From contig OX597840.1 in NCBI GenBank assembly GCA_951406725.2, positions 16,864,001 to 16,928,000 of the forward strand: 64,000 nt of DNA, read 5' to 3'. Numbering within the stretch: the stretch's first letter is position 1; each line of letters starts with the position of its first letter. Positions 1 through 13,534 of the stretch are shown here, piece by piece. Under the pieces are notes generated by a model. The model did not search any database, was not told where the DNA came from, and saw nothing but the letters and a program-made list of their open reading frames with translations. Both the position numbers and the translations under genes were made by a program. This DNA comes from Octopus vulgaris (lineage: Eukaryota).

Positions 1-393
1 GTTTAGGTAAGATCGTGTCCGTTTAAGTAAAACAGGATTGTTATTGGAACACCATGGAATCTCATTCACAACATAAAATACAATCTATGAACATATTCTA
101 TGACAAATTAAAATATATCTTATTAATTGTTCATGTTGGGATTTTAACTGGTTCATTTGTTTTTAGTTTTGTGTCAGATTTTTATAGTTTTTCTCAATTA
201 TTTATTCCCTTTTTCTTCTTGTATTTTTAAAATTTACATCCGGGACTATTTAGTCCAATCACAGTGCGTCGTTTTTTAAGAGACAACAGTTGGATTTGAG
301 CCATGTTGGAGGAAAGACTATATTTATATGGCAAGTCAAAAGATCTAAGATAGATATTAATGATTATGTCTCAATGTCTCTGAACGATATGCA

Positions 394-692
394 AACATAC
401 ATACATACATACATACATACATACATACATACATACATACATACATACACACATACATACATAACATATATACACACACACATACATACACATACATACA
501 TACATACATACATACATACATACATACATAAATACATACATACATACATACATACATACATTCATACATACACACACACACTTACATTCATGTATACATA
601 CCTTCATTCATACATACATACATACATTCATGCATATACATCCATCCATCCATCCATCCATCCATCCATCCATCCATGCATACATACATACA

Positions 693-722
<30 letters not shown>
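394..722. repeat. (ACAT)n/(CCAT)n compound microsatellite
   Basis: Direct tetranucleotide repeats; source of the spurious HTYI/MYVC ORFs. Confidence 0.95.
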
Positions 723-723
<1 letters not shown>

Positions 724-1849
724 GAGTATGTAGATGGTAAGCTTTCTATCAAACTTGACATGGATGTATTGTTAGAGCACCGAGCACTGTGCTGTATACC
801 TATATTTTGCATTGGTCTGCCTGTGCATACACGTGTGTATTTATGTTTATAAATTTGGATTGCGTACTGGCGTTCTCACATAAAATGATTAAGAAACTAA
901 TTCCTGTAGAATGCATTTTCTTGCAAAGATCCCAGGAATAATGCGAGGAGGACAACAATTAAGATTTCTCTTTAAGTCACCTTCCATGGTGTTTATATTT
1001 AGTTAGATATCCTGAAATCTCGTACAGTCTCGCGTAACTTTGTGTCTTCACATCCAAAATGAAGGAGAATACCAACGTTCCCACGTGTCAGGCCGGATAA
1101 TGGTCAAAAAATTCCACTTTACATGAAACAACCATTTATTGCCTTGGTAACCCACAAATAACGTTACTCTGAGTAACAGCTTTTGTTATATTTCTGCTGC
1201 TTTTAAATCAATCATATTACTCTACCTCTGGTATTTGAGTACTCTTTTCCCACCTTGTTTCACATTTATGTCCTTACTCCGGTATATATATATCAATATC
1301 AATAAATCTGAAATGCGAAAAGTTTGTTTGTATGGTTTTGTCATTGGAACGGGTTAAAGGCCACTAGATCCTGTCGGATTGACTCCAAAATTTACAGGGA
1401 CATGTAAAATAAGGTGAGGATGTGAGAGGGCTAGCTTAGAAATCCCTATCTTTAAAAGTGTCATTACTAGGGCAAAAAACGCACACTTTGACAAGTCTCC
1501 TCTCATTCTCTTATCTGCATGTCTTCCTCTGTCTCTCTCTGTTTCCTCCCTTCCCATCACTTTCTCTCTATAACGACGTTTGACAGATACTACTATCTTT
1601 CCCTACCGCCTTCGCCAGCGCTGTCCCTCTTTCCCTCATCACCCCCCTCTCTCTCTCTGTACGTCTGTGTGCATTCATAGAGAGAATTATTATCGCCACC
1701 ACCACTACCACACAATCATTCGAACAAATATTATGAATCAGATATTTATTGGGTTAATTTATATATGTGTCTGTGTGTGTGTGCGTGCGTCTGTATCTAT
1801 TTATAAATATGTATATATAATGTATATATATACAAAGTGTATTTATATG

Positions 1850-1899
<50 letters not shown>

Positions 1900-2044
1900 G
1901 TATACATTTGTATATATAATGCGTACACACACACACACACACACACACATACACACACATATATATAATGTGTATATATGTACATATATATATTTAATGC
2001 TATATATATATAAATATATATTATGTGTGCATTATGTGGTCGGT

Positions 2045-2525
2045 AGAGCTGAAAATATGCACACCTATGTTAAAAGTGCTGGCGAGTTTGCATGCCAACT
2101 ATTTTTTTCCTCAAATGAAAGGCGTGACCGCTGGGACAAAATTCCTCATCTTTTAAAATGTGGCACGATTACACCCGAATGAAATCGGCTTATATTAACC
2201 AAACAAATAAAACAATGAAAAACTATGCCATTTTAATCCCAAGTAAGGTCTGGTATCTCTGTAGGTCTACTACATATTTGTGAAAAGGGCAGACGTTGTC
2301 TCACAAGTAGTTATACAGGCAAAATTGTTAGTAAATATGGTAGGATTCAGTTGAAAATTTGCACACCTATGTTAAAAGTCCTGGCGAGTTTGCATGGCAA
2401 CTTTGAGTTTGCTCAATTGAAAGATGTGGCCTCTAGGGCAAAATTCCTCATCTTTAAAGTGTGGTCCGCGTAGACCCGAATGAAATTGAGTTATAATACC
2501 GAAACAAATAAAACAATGATAAACT
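2045..2525 (+). repeat. Two-copy direct repeat (~180 bp homologous, ~300 bp period)
   Basis: GAAAAT(A/T)TGCACACCTATGTTAAAAGT(G/C)CTGGCGAGTTTGCATG...CAAAATTCCTCATC...ACCCGAATGAAAT...AAACAAATAAAACAATGA at ~2051-2218 and ~2353-2519. Confidence 0.85.
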
Positions 2526-2531
2526 CTGCTA

Positions 2532-3269
2532 TCTATATATATAAAAGAGGCTTTGGGTCAAAACTGTGTGCACGTTTTGCTACGTCAGAGGTTGGCGGCC
2601 ACACCAGTGGTCAGATCGAGCTGAAAATTGACACAGGCATAGATGACACAGATGAAAATTGACACAGGCATGATGAGCTGAGTAGGTTAAAACTCACCAT
2701 CTGGAAAGATGCGGTTGCTATGCTGAGAAGATTCAAGGGGGCTCTAAGCCCCTCCAGATTGACGCGATTGGCATCTAATCCTATCTATAACATGAAGAAG
2801 GCGAACGTAGGCACAGATTGGATTTTTATGTAAAAAGGGGTCTAAATGGGGCTGGAAGGGGATTCAAATTTACAGGAGGGGGAAATTGTGGAGGGAAATT
2901 GATTGGGAGACGTTTTGTGGCGCTACAGTGGTTGCTTTGGTGTGAAAACAGGATTTTATTGATTTTGGGGGACACTTGGTGGTCTAGATCGGACACCTTT
3001 TGCCCGATTTCAATCAAATTTTCAACATGGTAAAGTATAAGCGGATTTGTAATTTAAACGCGGAAATCTAATTTTTTTTATAAATGGCAGAGAGATAGAT
3101 AGAGAAAGATAAAGAGTAAGAGAAAGTGAGGGAAAGTCCAAGAGAAAGGAAGAGTAAGAGAGTGGGAAATGGGAAAGGATAGAGAAACAAAGAGGGAGAA
3201 TGTGGTGATAAGAAACAGAAAGTAACAACCACAACTTCACCCGCGCGTAGAGCGGGTCACCTTAAGCTA

Positions 3270-3270
<1 letters not shown>
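2532..3270 (+). mobile_element. Non-autonomous Helitron
   Basis: 5' A|TCTATATATATAAAA; 3' GC hairpin ACCCGCGCGTAGAGCGGGT, then CTAG|T about 10 nt later; inserted in an AT dinucleotide; no TSD and no ORF. Confidence 0.8.
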
Positions 3271-3335
<65 letters not shown>

Positions 3336-3368
3336 ACGTACGTAGGGAATAAATTATATAAAATTTGC

Positions 3369-3470
3369 GTGGGTTCAGCCCCACTGCGTGACACCTTGGA
3401 AAAATGTCTACTACTACACCCTCAGGCTGACCAAAGCCTTGTGAGTGGATTTGTTAGACGGAAACTGAAA

Positions 3471-3519
<49 letters not shown>

Positions 3520-3692
3520 TGTCTGTGTTTGTTCCGCCACCACCTCTTCACAATCGGTGTTGGTGTGTTTTTGACCCCGTAACTTAACTGTTCGGCCAAA
3601 GAACTCAATCGTTCGACTAAAACAAAAATCAAGGTGATGCTCCATCATAGCCGAAGCCAAATGACTGAAACAAGTAAAAGATACAAGATAAA

Positions 3693-3693
<1 letters not shown>
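3369..3693 (+). mobile_element. SINE family A (tRNA-derived, bipartite around an internal microsatellite), 5' truncated
   Basis: GGTTCAGCCCCACTGCGTGACACCTTGG...GTGAGTGGATTTG...(GT)n...ATGACTGAAACAAGTAAAAGA, shared with more than 10 copies in the window. Confidence 0.85.
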
Positions 3694-3766
<73 letters not shown>

Positions 3767-4084
3767 CTCTCACATACACACACACGTAGTTTCCCTCGTT
3801 GGCTTCCATATAGAAAATTAGTGCAATATTTTACAATTTGCCGCAGATCTCCAATTCCTCGACCATCATCATTATTAAAATAACATGGCCATAAATTTGG
3901 TTTCGATTTCTTGTTTGTTTTCTTTAAGTTTGTTTTCTTTATGTTAACATTGTTCTGGTGGGTTTTTTTCCCCTCCTCCCTGATGCAATCCAAGACACTC
4001 GCCAAATTTCCAGCAAACGATCGCCATATTATTTTTAGAACATCTACAGTAATGACGTCGAGGTTCCATCCTCGCCATGCTGTT

Positions 4085-4114
4085 GATTGGGATGCTGATG
4101 ATGATGGGGGAAGA

Positions 4115-4146
<32 letters not shown>

Positions 4147-4523
4147 GTGGAGATGATGATGCTGATGATAGGGATGATGATGATGGTGGTGGTGGTAGTG
4201 GTGGTGGTAGTATGGTGGTGGTGACGGTGGTGGTGGTGGTGGTGGTGGTGATGATGATGACGATGTGATCATGGTGGTGATGGTGATGAGGATGATGATA
4301 ACGAAGCTGATGATGATGATGGTGGGGCTGGTGGTGGTGGTGGTGATGGTGATGATAGTAATGATGATAATGATGATAATTATGAGGATGATGATGGTGG
4401 TGGTGGTGGTGGTGGCAGTGGCGGCGGCGGCGGTGGTGGTGGTAATGATGGTGGTGGCTGTAGTGCTGGTGATGATGATGATGATGATGATGACGATGAC
4501 GATGATGATGATGATGATGATGT

Positions 4524-4590
<67 letters not shown>

Positions 4591-4860
4591 TGTGGCGGTG
4601 AGATAGTTGTGATGGTACTGCAGCTGCAGCTGGTGCTGTTGGTGATGGTGATGGTGGATGTAGTGCTGCTTCAGTCAGTAGTGGTGGTGCTGGTGGCGGT
4701 GGTGGAGTTCATGATGATGATGCGATGGTGGTGGTGGTGGTTGTGGAAATGGGGATTAATAATAATGATGATGATGGTGATGACGGCGATGAAAGTAATA
4801 GCAACGATGATGATGATAATGAGAAGCGGGATAAAAAGGAAGAACAAGAGGATATGATGC
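4085..4860. repeat. (GAT/GGT/GCT)n trinucleotide low-complexity block
   Basis: Mixed trinucleotide repeats with repeated phase shifts. Confidence 0.9.
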
Positions 4861-5078
4861 ATTGTGGGTGGCGAAGATGGATGATAAGGGCGAACGGTTA
4901 TCGATCTCTCTATTTATATTCCGTGAACCAGACAGGCCATTACTAATCGCAGCCTCGTTCTGAGAGAGAAACTTTTGCGCCACACAACTGCCAAGATGTA
5001 TCGATGCTTTACACCGTCTTTGGAATACACCGTTGTGGCAGACACTGGAAGACCCCGTGAACCATGTCTAATTATAAG

Positions 5079-5080
5079 AT

Positions 5081-5179
<99 letters not shown>

Positions 5180-5318
5180 TATATATATATATATATGAAT
5201 GTATGCTTATATACATATATATATATGTAAATGTATATATATATATACATACATACATATTTATTTATGTATACACATACGTATATATATATGTATACAT
5301 ACAAACACATGTATGCAT

Positions 5319-5385
<67 letters not shown>

Positions 5386-5840
5386 TGCATGCATATATAA
5401 ATATATGTATGTCATTTATATATATGTATATATATATTGTGTGTATGTGTGTGTGTGTGCGCGTGTGTGTGTGGTACTTCTCATACCACCTATTTGAACT
5501 AACTAAACTATATACATACATACGTGCATACATCAAAAATACCTTGTTGTTGATGTTGAAATTCCAATAAAGGAGCCTTGGATCTAGGTTAGAAACCGGC
5601 TCTTTATTGGCAAGATACCTTGAAATAAAACTGAACAGTGACATACATACATACATACATACATACATACATACATACATACATACATACATACATACAT
5701 ACATACATACGTACGTACGTACATACATACATACATACATACATACATACATACATACATACATACATACGTACGTACATACATACATACATACATACAT
5801 ACATACATACATACATACATACATACATACATACATACAT
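5079..5840. repeat. (CA)n/(TA)n/(AGAT)n/(ACAT)n microsatellite cluster
   Basis: Direct simple repeats. Confidence 0.9.
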
Positions 5841-6211
5841 GAAGGCAAAATTCAATTCTTAACTGTGGCAATTGTATGAATTATTGAGCTACATTCTATT
5901 TCCAGAAATCATTCATGATTAGGGAGAAAATTCCAGTGGAATCTCTTGTGTCATTACAGTAGTTGTTGTCCTGTAACTGTCTGAGCGGAACATTAATGGA
6001 ATCTGTCTACAAGTCTTAGAGAATTGGCAAAAGTCATGCGTTCTGCTCCAGAATCAACAAGTAACAATAAATATGTTTGTGTGTTTGTTAGCATCTGGTT
6101 ATGTACGGTGGTGTAATTACAGTCGATCCTAAGAAAGGGAGAGATTTTTATTTTAATCCAAACTCGCTGTCTTCGATTTGGTTTATGTGCATAACCTCAT
6201 CTATCTTTTAA

Positions 6212-6584
6212 TTATTCCACTCATTAGTCTGCGGCCATGCTGTAGCACCTCTTTAGGGAATGTTTAGTCTAATGAATCGACCCGAGTACTTACATTTTAA
6301 GCCTGGTACTTATTCTATCGATCTCTTTTGCGAAACCTCTACGGTACAGGTTCGCAAACACACCAGCATCGGTTGTGAAGCGGTGGTAGGGGACAAACAC
6401 ACACACACATATATATCTACATACGACGGGCTTCTTTCAGTTTCCGTCTACTAAATTCACTCACAAGGCTTTGGTCGACCCGAAGTTATAGAAGGCACTT
6501 GCCCAAGGTGCCACACAATGGGACTGAACTCGGTACTATGTGGTTGGTAAGCGAGCTTCTTATCACACAGCCACGTCTGCGTCT
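6212..6584 (-). mobile_element. SINE family A
   Basis: Reverse complement of the family A consensus, including the head (CACACAGCCAC, GGGACTGAAC). Confidence 0.85.
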
Positions 6585-7029
6585 GTGATGAATGTTTGAT
6601 AAATAACCGAAAGAGTACGATGGCGAAGACAAGCGACTGAAATGGGTTTTCCCGCGAAGGATTTCGAGTGTAATGTTATTCGGCAGAGTGCGTAGCTCTT
6701 CTCCATTTTGAGAAGTCACAGACCCGGTTCTATGGACAGTTGACAAGAATGTCGCAGTAAAGTTCAACCAAAATGTGTTTTGACAGTTGCTTTGATTCTA
6801 ATTAGGACAGTTGGGAGAAATTGTCTGAGAACAACTCCTCCCATGACCCTTCCAAGAATAGTGGGCACCGAAAATCGACTGATAGGTGTTTTGCATTTTC
6901 TTCCATTTTGGAGAATTCATGCCAGTCAATAACAAAATCACAGTGTAACACCATCTTTGTCTTTGAGTAGCAACTGTTATTTCCTATTTGCCTATCCCTA
7001 GAAATAAATGCTTTTCTTTCATTTATTCA

Positions 7030-7545
7030 ACCCATGACTGTGATGCTCCCCCACTACTTCTGCTTGTGATCAGAGATGTACGTACTGTCAGCCACTAAGG
7101 GACATGCTCAAGTGGTTATGGTCAAGCAAACCTGTGGTGTTGTGCAGAATATTTGCTATAACGATATTCCTACTTCAGAAACTGAGCACTGGATCTACAG
7201 GAAATATAATGAAAAATAGGTCAGTTTGAAAACGTTGATATCCAGTTGATAGCAGCATCAGAAAAGCAAAGTTTGAAGGGACCAGTAGTGATTTCTAGAT
7301 AGAAGCAAATGAGTAATAACACTTACTAACCGAAGACATGCAAACCTGTTGTATTGAACAGAAAATTTGCTATAACGATCTTTCTGCTTCAGCAATTCGG
7401 TGCTGAATCTGTCTGAAATGTAATGGAAAATAGGTCAGTTTGAAAACATTGATGTCCAGGTCAGAAAAAGTTTGAAGGGAATAATATTGATTTTCTTTGA
7501 TTTCTAGATAGAAGCAAATAGGAAATAACGTTAACTGACCAAAGG
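7030..7545 (+). mobile_element. Chimeric repeat: internal part of element C fused to a ~200-bp unit that is tandemly duplicated
   Basis: GATGCTCCCCCACTACTTCTGC...GAATATTTGCT matches 59826-59952; followed by ATAACGAT...AAAATAGGTCAGTTTGAAAAC twice; inverted homolog at 52215-52540. Confidence 0.7.
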
Positions 7546-7944
7546 AAAAAAAGATTAAAATCTTGTTACACAGTGTTACATGGTTTTCTTATTTGAGTTA
7601 AGTCTGTGTCAAGACTTCGAAACTGTGAGTGAATTATTGTTTGTATATTTATAGATATATATCTGAATAGACTTACAGCTAATACATATACAGGTCTTTT
7701 CGGTACACGAATGAGTGCAATTGACCTTCACGTATGTTTGTGTATACTATGCTAACCCATGTGATTGAATGCATAGATTCATTCCAGAAAAATCAAATGG
7801 AAACCCTTTGGACTGTTTGGCAAGTCTTCACTCTAACGTTAATCGATTGGATTTGGAGAAAGCAAGTCAGTTTGTCTTCTTCTCTCCCGAAGGAAAAAAA
7901 CTCAGCGTTTCCATGCTTTCATGCTAAACCATTTATCTTTATGT

Positions 7945-8130
7945 TTTTGTCTTTTACACGTTTCCGTCATGAGACTGCGGCCATGCTGGGGCACCGCCTT
8001 GAACGGTTATACGTGAACGAATCGAATACTAGTATTTATTTTTTCCTTTCAATCTGGTATTTATTCTATCAGTATCTTTTGCCGAACCATTAAGCTATAG
8101 GGACGTAAACAAACCAAGCGGTGATAGAGA
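7945..8130 (-). mobile_element. SINE family A, 3' module
   Basis: GACTGCGGCCATGCTGGGGCACCGCC...TTTGCCGAACC...GGGACGTAAAC. Confidence 0.75.
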
Positions 8131-8133
8131 AAG

Positions 8134-8203
<70 letters not shown>

Positions 8204-8303
8204 TTATATATATATATATGCTCACACACACACGTATACATATACACATATATTTATGCCTATATGTACATACATATACATATACACACACACATGTATG
8301 TAT

Positions 8304-8350
<47 letters not shown>

Positions 8351-8351
<1 letters not shown>

Positions 8352-10235
8352 TAGCAGAGATACCCGGAGTTGCCCGTGTCACATGGAATTGAAGAATTAG
8401 ACTTTTCTTTTGTATTTTCTCTAATGAACTGGAATACCTTTAATTCGAATTTCATCAAAATTGCAGATTAAGAATTTTAATGAGGGTTCTTTACCTCTTT
8501 ACACACCCTCACAAAAATTCTAATCCTGACATATATATCCCATACTACTCATCTTTATGCCCAGATTCCAAAATCCAAATGTTATAAAGCCCATTCAAAG
8601 GATTTTGCTCCTGAAAAATGGAGCACATGGAGCTCATGGAGCTCTAAAATGTGGGAGTTAAAGCCCTCTTTATGGGTGGGGGTCTTAAAGTCAACTAGAG
8701 AAGTTGAATTGTTGGGAATCGTTTTCAACTTGTGTCTTATATCTATTGTTCAAATTTCTTTGAAATCGGAAATATATGAATGTTCAGTGGGTTTGTAAAA
8801 GAGAGCAAAGCTAGAGGAAACCAAAACACGAATGATCACAATAAGCAGTCAGCTAACTTACCCTAGTCGTTACCACTCCCCAGTGTAGGATTCTTCACTA
8901 CACAGGTGACCGGAACAGCCGTAAGATGCATTACAGATCTATAGCAATCGGAAGAGCATGACCCAACTCAAATAAACATTAACACCTGCGTGACGTGAGA
9001 GCTAAGGGGAAATGAAAGTGTCACCTCTGGAGTGACACTTGATCACTATGCCGATAGGTAACTGAACAGAATGAATGAATGAATTTGCAATCTATAAATC
9101 TCTGAATGACCAATCCCTTATGTGGAAAGGCCTTGAAATCAGTGTTATCACTTGGGGACTATCTCTGACTCAGTGATAATAAAAAGACTCAAAGGAGGTC
9201 TGCAATCAAGTAACTTTACTCAACTGTTTGCAACTGAATCAGTGGAGGCAAAGATGCCTCTCCTTTACTTGACAATTTATGCACCACATTGCAGGAATCA
9301 CAATCTAAATATATCTCAAAGCAAACTCTGACACTGTTGTACCATTGAATTACAATAATGCTCATTTGTATCCTCGGGTGACTCCACAGCTTCCAAGACT
9401 ACAATTGTATTCGTCTTGGCTTAGGAAAAATGACTAAATTGTGGGGGTTAAGCCCCCTTTAAGGGGTCTTACTAACCTCCTAAGAAGCTGAAATTTGTAT
9501 CTAATATCTATGGTTAAAATCTCATCAACAACAAAAATATATGAATTTTCATGGGGGTCATGGCCTCATATATACTCCCTCACTTTCAAACATATACTGC
9601 ATTACATCTGTCCTTATTCATAGAATATAATTTCCAAATTTCATGAAGATCCATTCAGTAATTTTAACCTTGTTTTGGATCATAACAAATGACTAAAATT
9701 TGGGAATTAAGGTACCTATTAAGGGGTCTTAGAATTCTCATGAGAAGCGGAAACTTTGGAATACTTCTTGATTTGTGTCAATTATCTATGGTTGAAATTT
9801 CATCAACATCGGAAATTTATGAATTTTCATTGGGGTTCTGCTCCCTTTAAGCCCCTCAAATCCAAACCTAACATACTGCATATACCCGCTCTTATGCATT
9901 GAATCTAAGTTTAAAATATCATAAAGATCCATTCAGTAATTTTGGTCCGTGAAAAATGACTAAAATTTGGGGGTAGAAATGGAAATTTGGGATGTATTTT
10001 AAAAAATTTATTTCTAATAATTATGATTCAAATTTCATCAAAATCCGAAGCATGGGAATTTTCACGGGGGTGGTTCTGCCTCCCTTTATGCCCCCTCAAA
10101 ATTGTATGAAACATGCAGCATTACCCTACTCTCTTGACTTGGATTTTGTGTTCCAAATTTCATTAGGATCGGTCCAGTAGTTTTCGAGTCTATGACTAAC
10201 ACACGAACACAGACATTGACTTTTATAATATACGA
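8351..10235 (-). mobile_element. Non-autonomous Helitron with internal ~260-bp tandem repeats
   Basis: Minus-strand 3' end ACGGGCAACTCCGGGTATCTCTGCTAG|T (hairpin + CTAG) at 8351; minus-strand 5' TCGTATATTATAAAAG at 10235; AAATGACTAAA units start at ~9428, ~9687 and ~9954. Confidence 0.75.
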
Positions 10236-10319
10236 GCAAAACGACCCCCATCCCAATGGACGGTGCTGAGTTGTCAAACATTTAAATCAAATTTTCTCAA
10301 AACAACTTGTCCGACCGTC

Positions 10320-10647
10320 CCATGGTTCTGGGCTCACTTGGGCAAGTGTTTTCTGCTGAAGCTTCGTACAGACCAAAGCCTTGTGAACGGATTTAGCAGA
10401 CGGAAACTGAAAGAAGCCAGACGTGTGTGTGTCTGTGTGTGTGTGTGTGCGTGTGCGTGTGTATGTGTGTGTGTTTGTATTTCTCCTCCCTCATCGGTGT
10501 TGGTGTGTTTATGCACCTGTAACTTACTGATGAGTAAAAGAGACCGATAGAATAAGTATCAGACTTTAAAAAATAAGTAGTTAGATTTAGGGTAATTTGT
10601 TCGACTATGGCCACAGTCTAATGACTGACACAATTAAAAGGTAAAAG

Positions 10648-10650
<3 letters not shown>
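10320..10650 (+). mobile_element. SINE family A
   Basis: CATGGTTCTGGG...TTGGGCAAGTG...GACCAAAGCCTTGTGA...GACCGATAGAATAAGTA...ATGACTGA. Confidence 0.8.
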
Positions 10651-10687
<37 letters not shown>

Positions 10688-11002
10688 TGTATTTGAAAGG
10701 TAACAAAAAAAATGTTTTGCAGTTGATAACTTAAGTACCAGTGAAACACTGGGATCAATCTAATCGACCAGTCCCCTCCCCAAAAATTTCAGGCCTTGTG
10801 CCTTTAGTAGAAAGTAATATTATTATTTTTCAATTTTCGTATGCTATTTCCCTTCTTTTCAGCGTACTCCATGTATACTTACTCTTTTTTTGTTGTTGTT
10901 ATTTTATCTTTTCATTATTCGTAAACCCCCACACTTTATGTCTGTTTTCTATTGTCCCCCTCATCCTTCGCTCTTTGTCTCATTTGAAACAATTATTATT
11001 AA

Positions 11003-11077
<75 letters not shown>

Positions 11078-11136
11078 TTTTTTTTTCTTCTTTCAAATTT
11101 GCTTCCATTTCTTGCCGAGTGTCTTCCCGACTCCTA
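11078..11136 (-). mobile_element. Probable extreme 3' remnant of an R4/Dong-type element within an (ATT)n array
   Basis: ~55-bp unique insert TTCTTGCCGAGTGTCTTCCCGACTCCTA flanked on both sides by (ATT)n; resembles TTTGCCGAGACACACC...CTTAGG at the 3' end of the old R4 copy (~44185). Confidence 0.4.
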
Positions 11137-11154
11137 TTATTATTATTATTATTA

Positions 11155-11214
<60 letters not shown>

Positions 11215-11501
11215 CGTGTCTATATTAAATCGCTCAATTATTGCCTAAATTATACAAACAACAAGTGAAGTGTGTTGGCGTTGGGGTGGGTGATAGGTAA
11301 GTATCCGGCCGTAGTGCTCTTGAGACAAGATTTAAAAAACTTGAAAAATTGAAAGTAGTTTTAACGGAATTCGAAGAAAATATGTGAAAGAATTGCAAGA
11401 ACAACTGTACAATTAGCAGGCACCGTAGGCATCTAGTGTGTGTGTGTGTGTGTGTGTGAGTGTGTGCGTTTGCGTGCGTGTGTGTGTATATATATATATA
11501 T

Positions 11502-11584
<83 letters not shown>

Positions 11585-11619
11585 CATATAGACAGATAGA
11601 CAGATAGACAGATAGATAA

Positions 11620-11696
<77 letters not shown>

Positions 11697-12002
11697 CTGT
11701 CAAATTGATTTTCTGTACCTCTCTTTAGTGCATCACAATGTTTTATAACCAGATCTCAATTGAAAACCTATTTAAATTCACGTCTGTTTACCAACAACTG
11801 TGGAGTTGTTGTGTTAAGACATTGTCAAAGGAAACTTGTTGAAAAGATCAATTTTGTAGCTGACAGCCATTAGAAATATCTTTCTTTGTCTCTTGTCGTC
11901 CAATGTAACGCGTATTGAACCGAAAAAGACACAGAACATTTAACATCATCTCCTCCTCGACAACATGTCTCCTCGCACAACAATCACAATAACAACAACA
12001 CC

Positions 12003-12074
<72 letters not shown>

Positions 12075-12254
12075 CTTATCTGTTATTTGTCACAAGGGTG
12101 ACGGGTGAGGTAACATAAAATATGTGAAAACATCATTTAGATGTTGTGTTTTACACGGTAACAACTTGATATAATCTCATCATCGGAAGCAGCATATTCA
12201 GCCATGTTGAAGTTAAGCTCACCCGTCGGGCTTTGTTGTGGGTGGAACTTCTTG

Positions 12255-13120
12255 TTAGAAATATTTTGAGATCTGTTGGTTGGTCAGAGTTATGATGTTG
12301 TCGTCGAAACGAGAACGAACTAGCTGGTCTGTTTTGGAGGACCTTCGATTCGGGGACAATCGAGAATAATTTCCGGAAATCCTTGACCTGGCAGTGCTAC
12401 TGAAGGGCACTACCGCTCCGAGAAGAGCTTTACAAGCACAGAAATACCTCCAGATGGAACTGCCAAGTACGCTCGCAGCGAGACGAAACTGTAGGGCATG
12501 CACTCTTACAGTGCCCGAGCATTGCTGACTCGTGGTGGTATATTGGACAACTGTTGTCTTGTGAAGGACAACTCTGACTATCGGTCGTATAGATCGCACT
12601 GCCAACCACCTTTTTTAATAAGGCAGAACAGACGGTGTTTCTCTGTCTAGTGATTATAGCGAATGAAGTTGAGTGGCGGAGAAAACTGAAAGGACTGCGG
12701 GCAGACACCTTCCTCTCCTGCCAAGCCCTCATGGATATTTTTCGGTTCCACTTGAAAAGACAAATGAAGGTGGAGAGAGGAGTGTCCTCTCCCAGGGAAT
12801 TTGTGAAAAAGTGGGTGACTGGCACAAATGCTTAGGATGAATGGACCTACGCTAAGCATGTACCTGTAGGTTGGAGAACAGTTGGGTGGGGGCTTGTGCC
12901 CTTATTAATCAGATGATCTTGAACCTCTAGGATTCATTGATTGGCTCTAACTGGAGTTTCATCTGCATCAGAACTACCTCATAGATGTGTTCACCATGTA
13001 TACTTACATCACTTTTCCTCTCCGCTCCCTTTCTTCATCCCATCTTATGTCAACTTCTACAAGTTGTATACTGTCTATTTAATATCCACCTCATCTGATG
13101 CCCAAGTGGCAAATAAAAGA

Positions 13121-13125
<5 letters not shown>
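12255..13125 (+). mobile_element. Tx1/L1-like LINE, 3' fragment (ORF2 C-terminal zinc-binding region + 3'UTR + (ATT)n tail)
   Basis: Translates SLTWQCY*RALPLREELYKHRN..CQVRSQRDETVGHALLQCPSIADSW and FLCLVIIANEVEW..FRFHLKRQMKVER..FVKKWV; ends GTGGCAAATAAAAGAATT(ATT)n. Confidence 0.75.
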
Positions 13126-13171
<46 letters not shown>

Positions 13172-13185
13172 CATCATCATCATCA

Positions 13186-13244
<59 letters not shown>

Positions 13245-13534
13245 TGTGTTTTCACCAGTTATTCTCTTTATTTTGATAATATCGCACGATTGAACAAGCA
13301 ATAAAACACTAAAAGACTGATTCTTTTATGGAATCGAAGAGAATGAAATGGAATGGAATCGCTTACTGCAAAGCAGAACAAAGCGATATGAGTATGTGTG
13401 CATAAACACGTATACACACACATACACACACGCGCGCGCGCACGTATATATACTCATGTATACCTATGTTTGTTTATGTGTATCTATCAATGTCTATGTG
13501 TGTGTGTGTGTCTGTTTGTATGTATCTATATAAC

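Noticed and set aside
960-1290. Possible Penelope-like terminal sequences
   Set aside because: No complete hammerhead core or second copy in the window supports the call.
3454-4860. Possible His/Gln/Pro-rich terminal exon on the minus strand ending HGEDGTSTSLL*
   Set aside because: It needs several frameshifts through the trinucleotide block, and no splice site or homology is recognisable.
6590-6960. Unique, coding-like composition on the minus strand
   Set aside because: Frames are short or interrupted by stops, and I recognise no motif.
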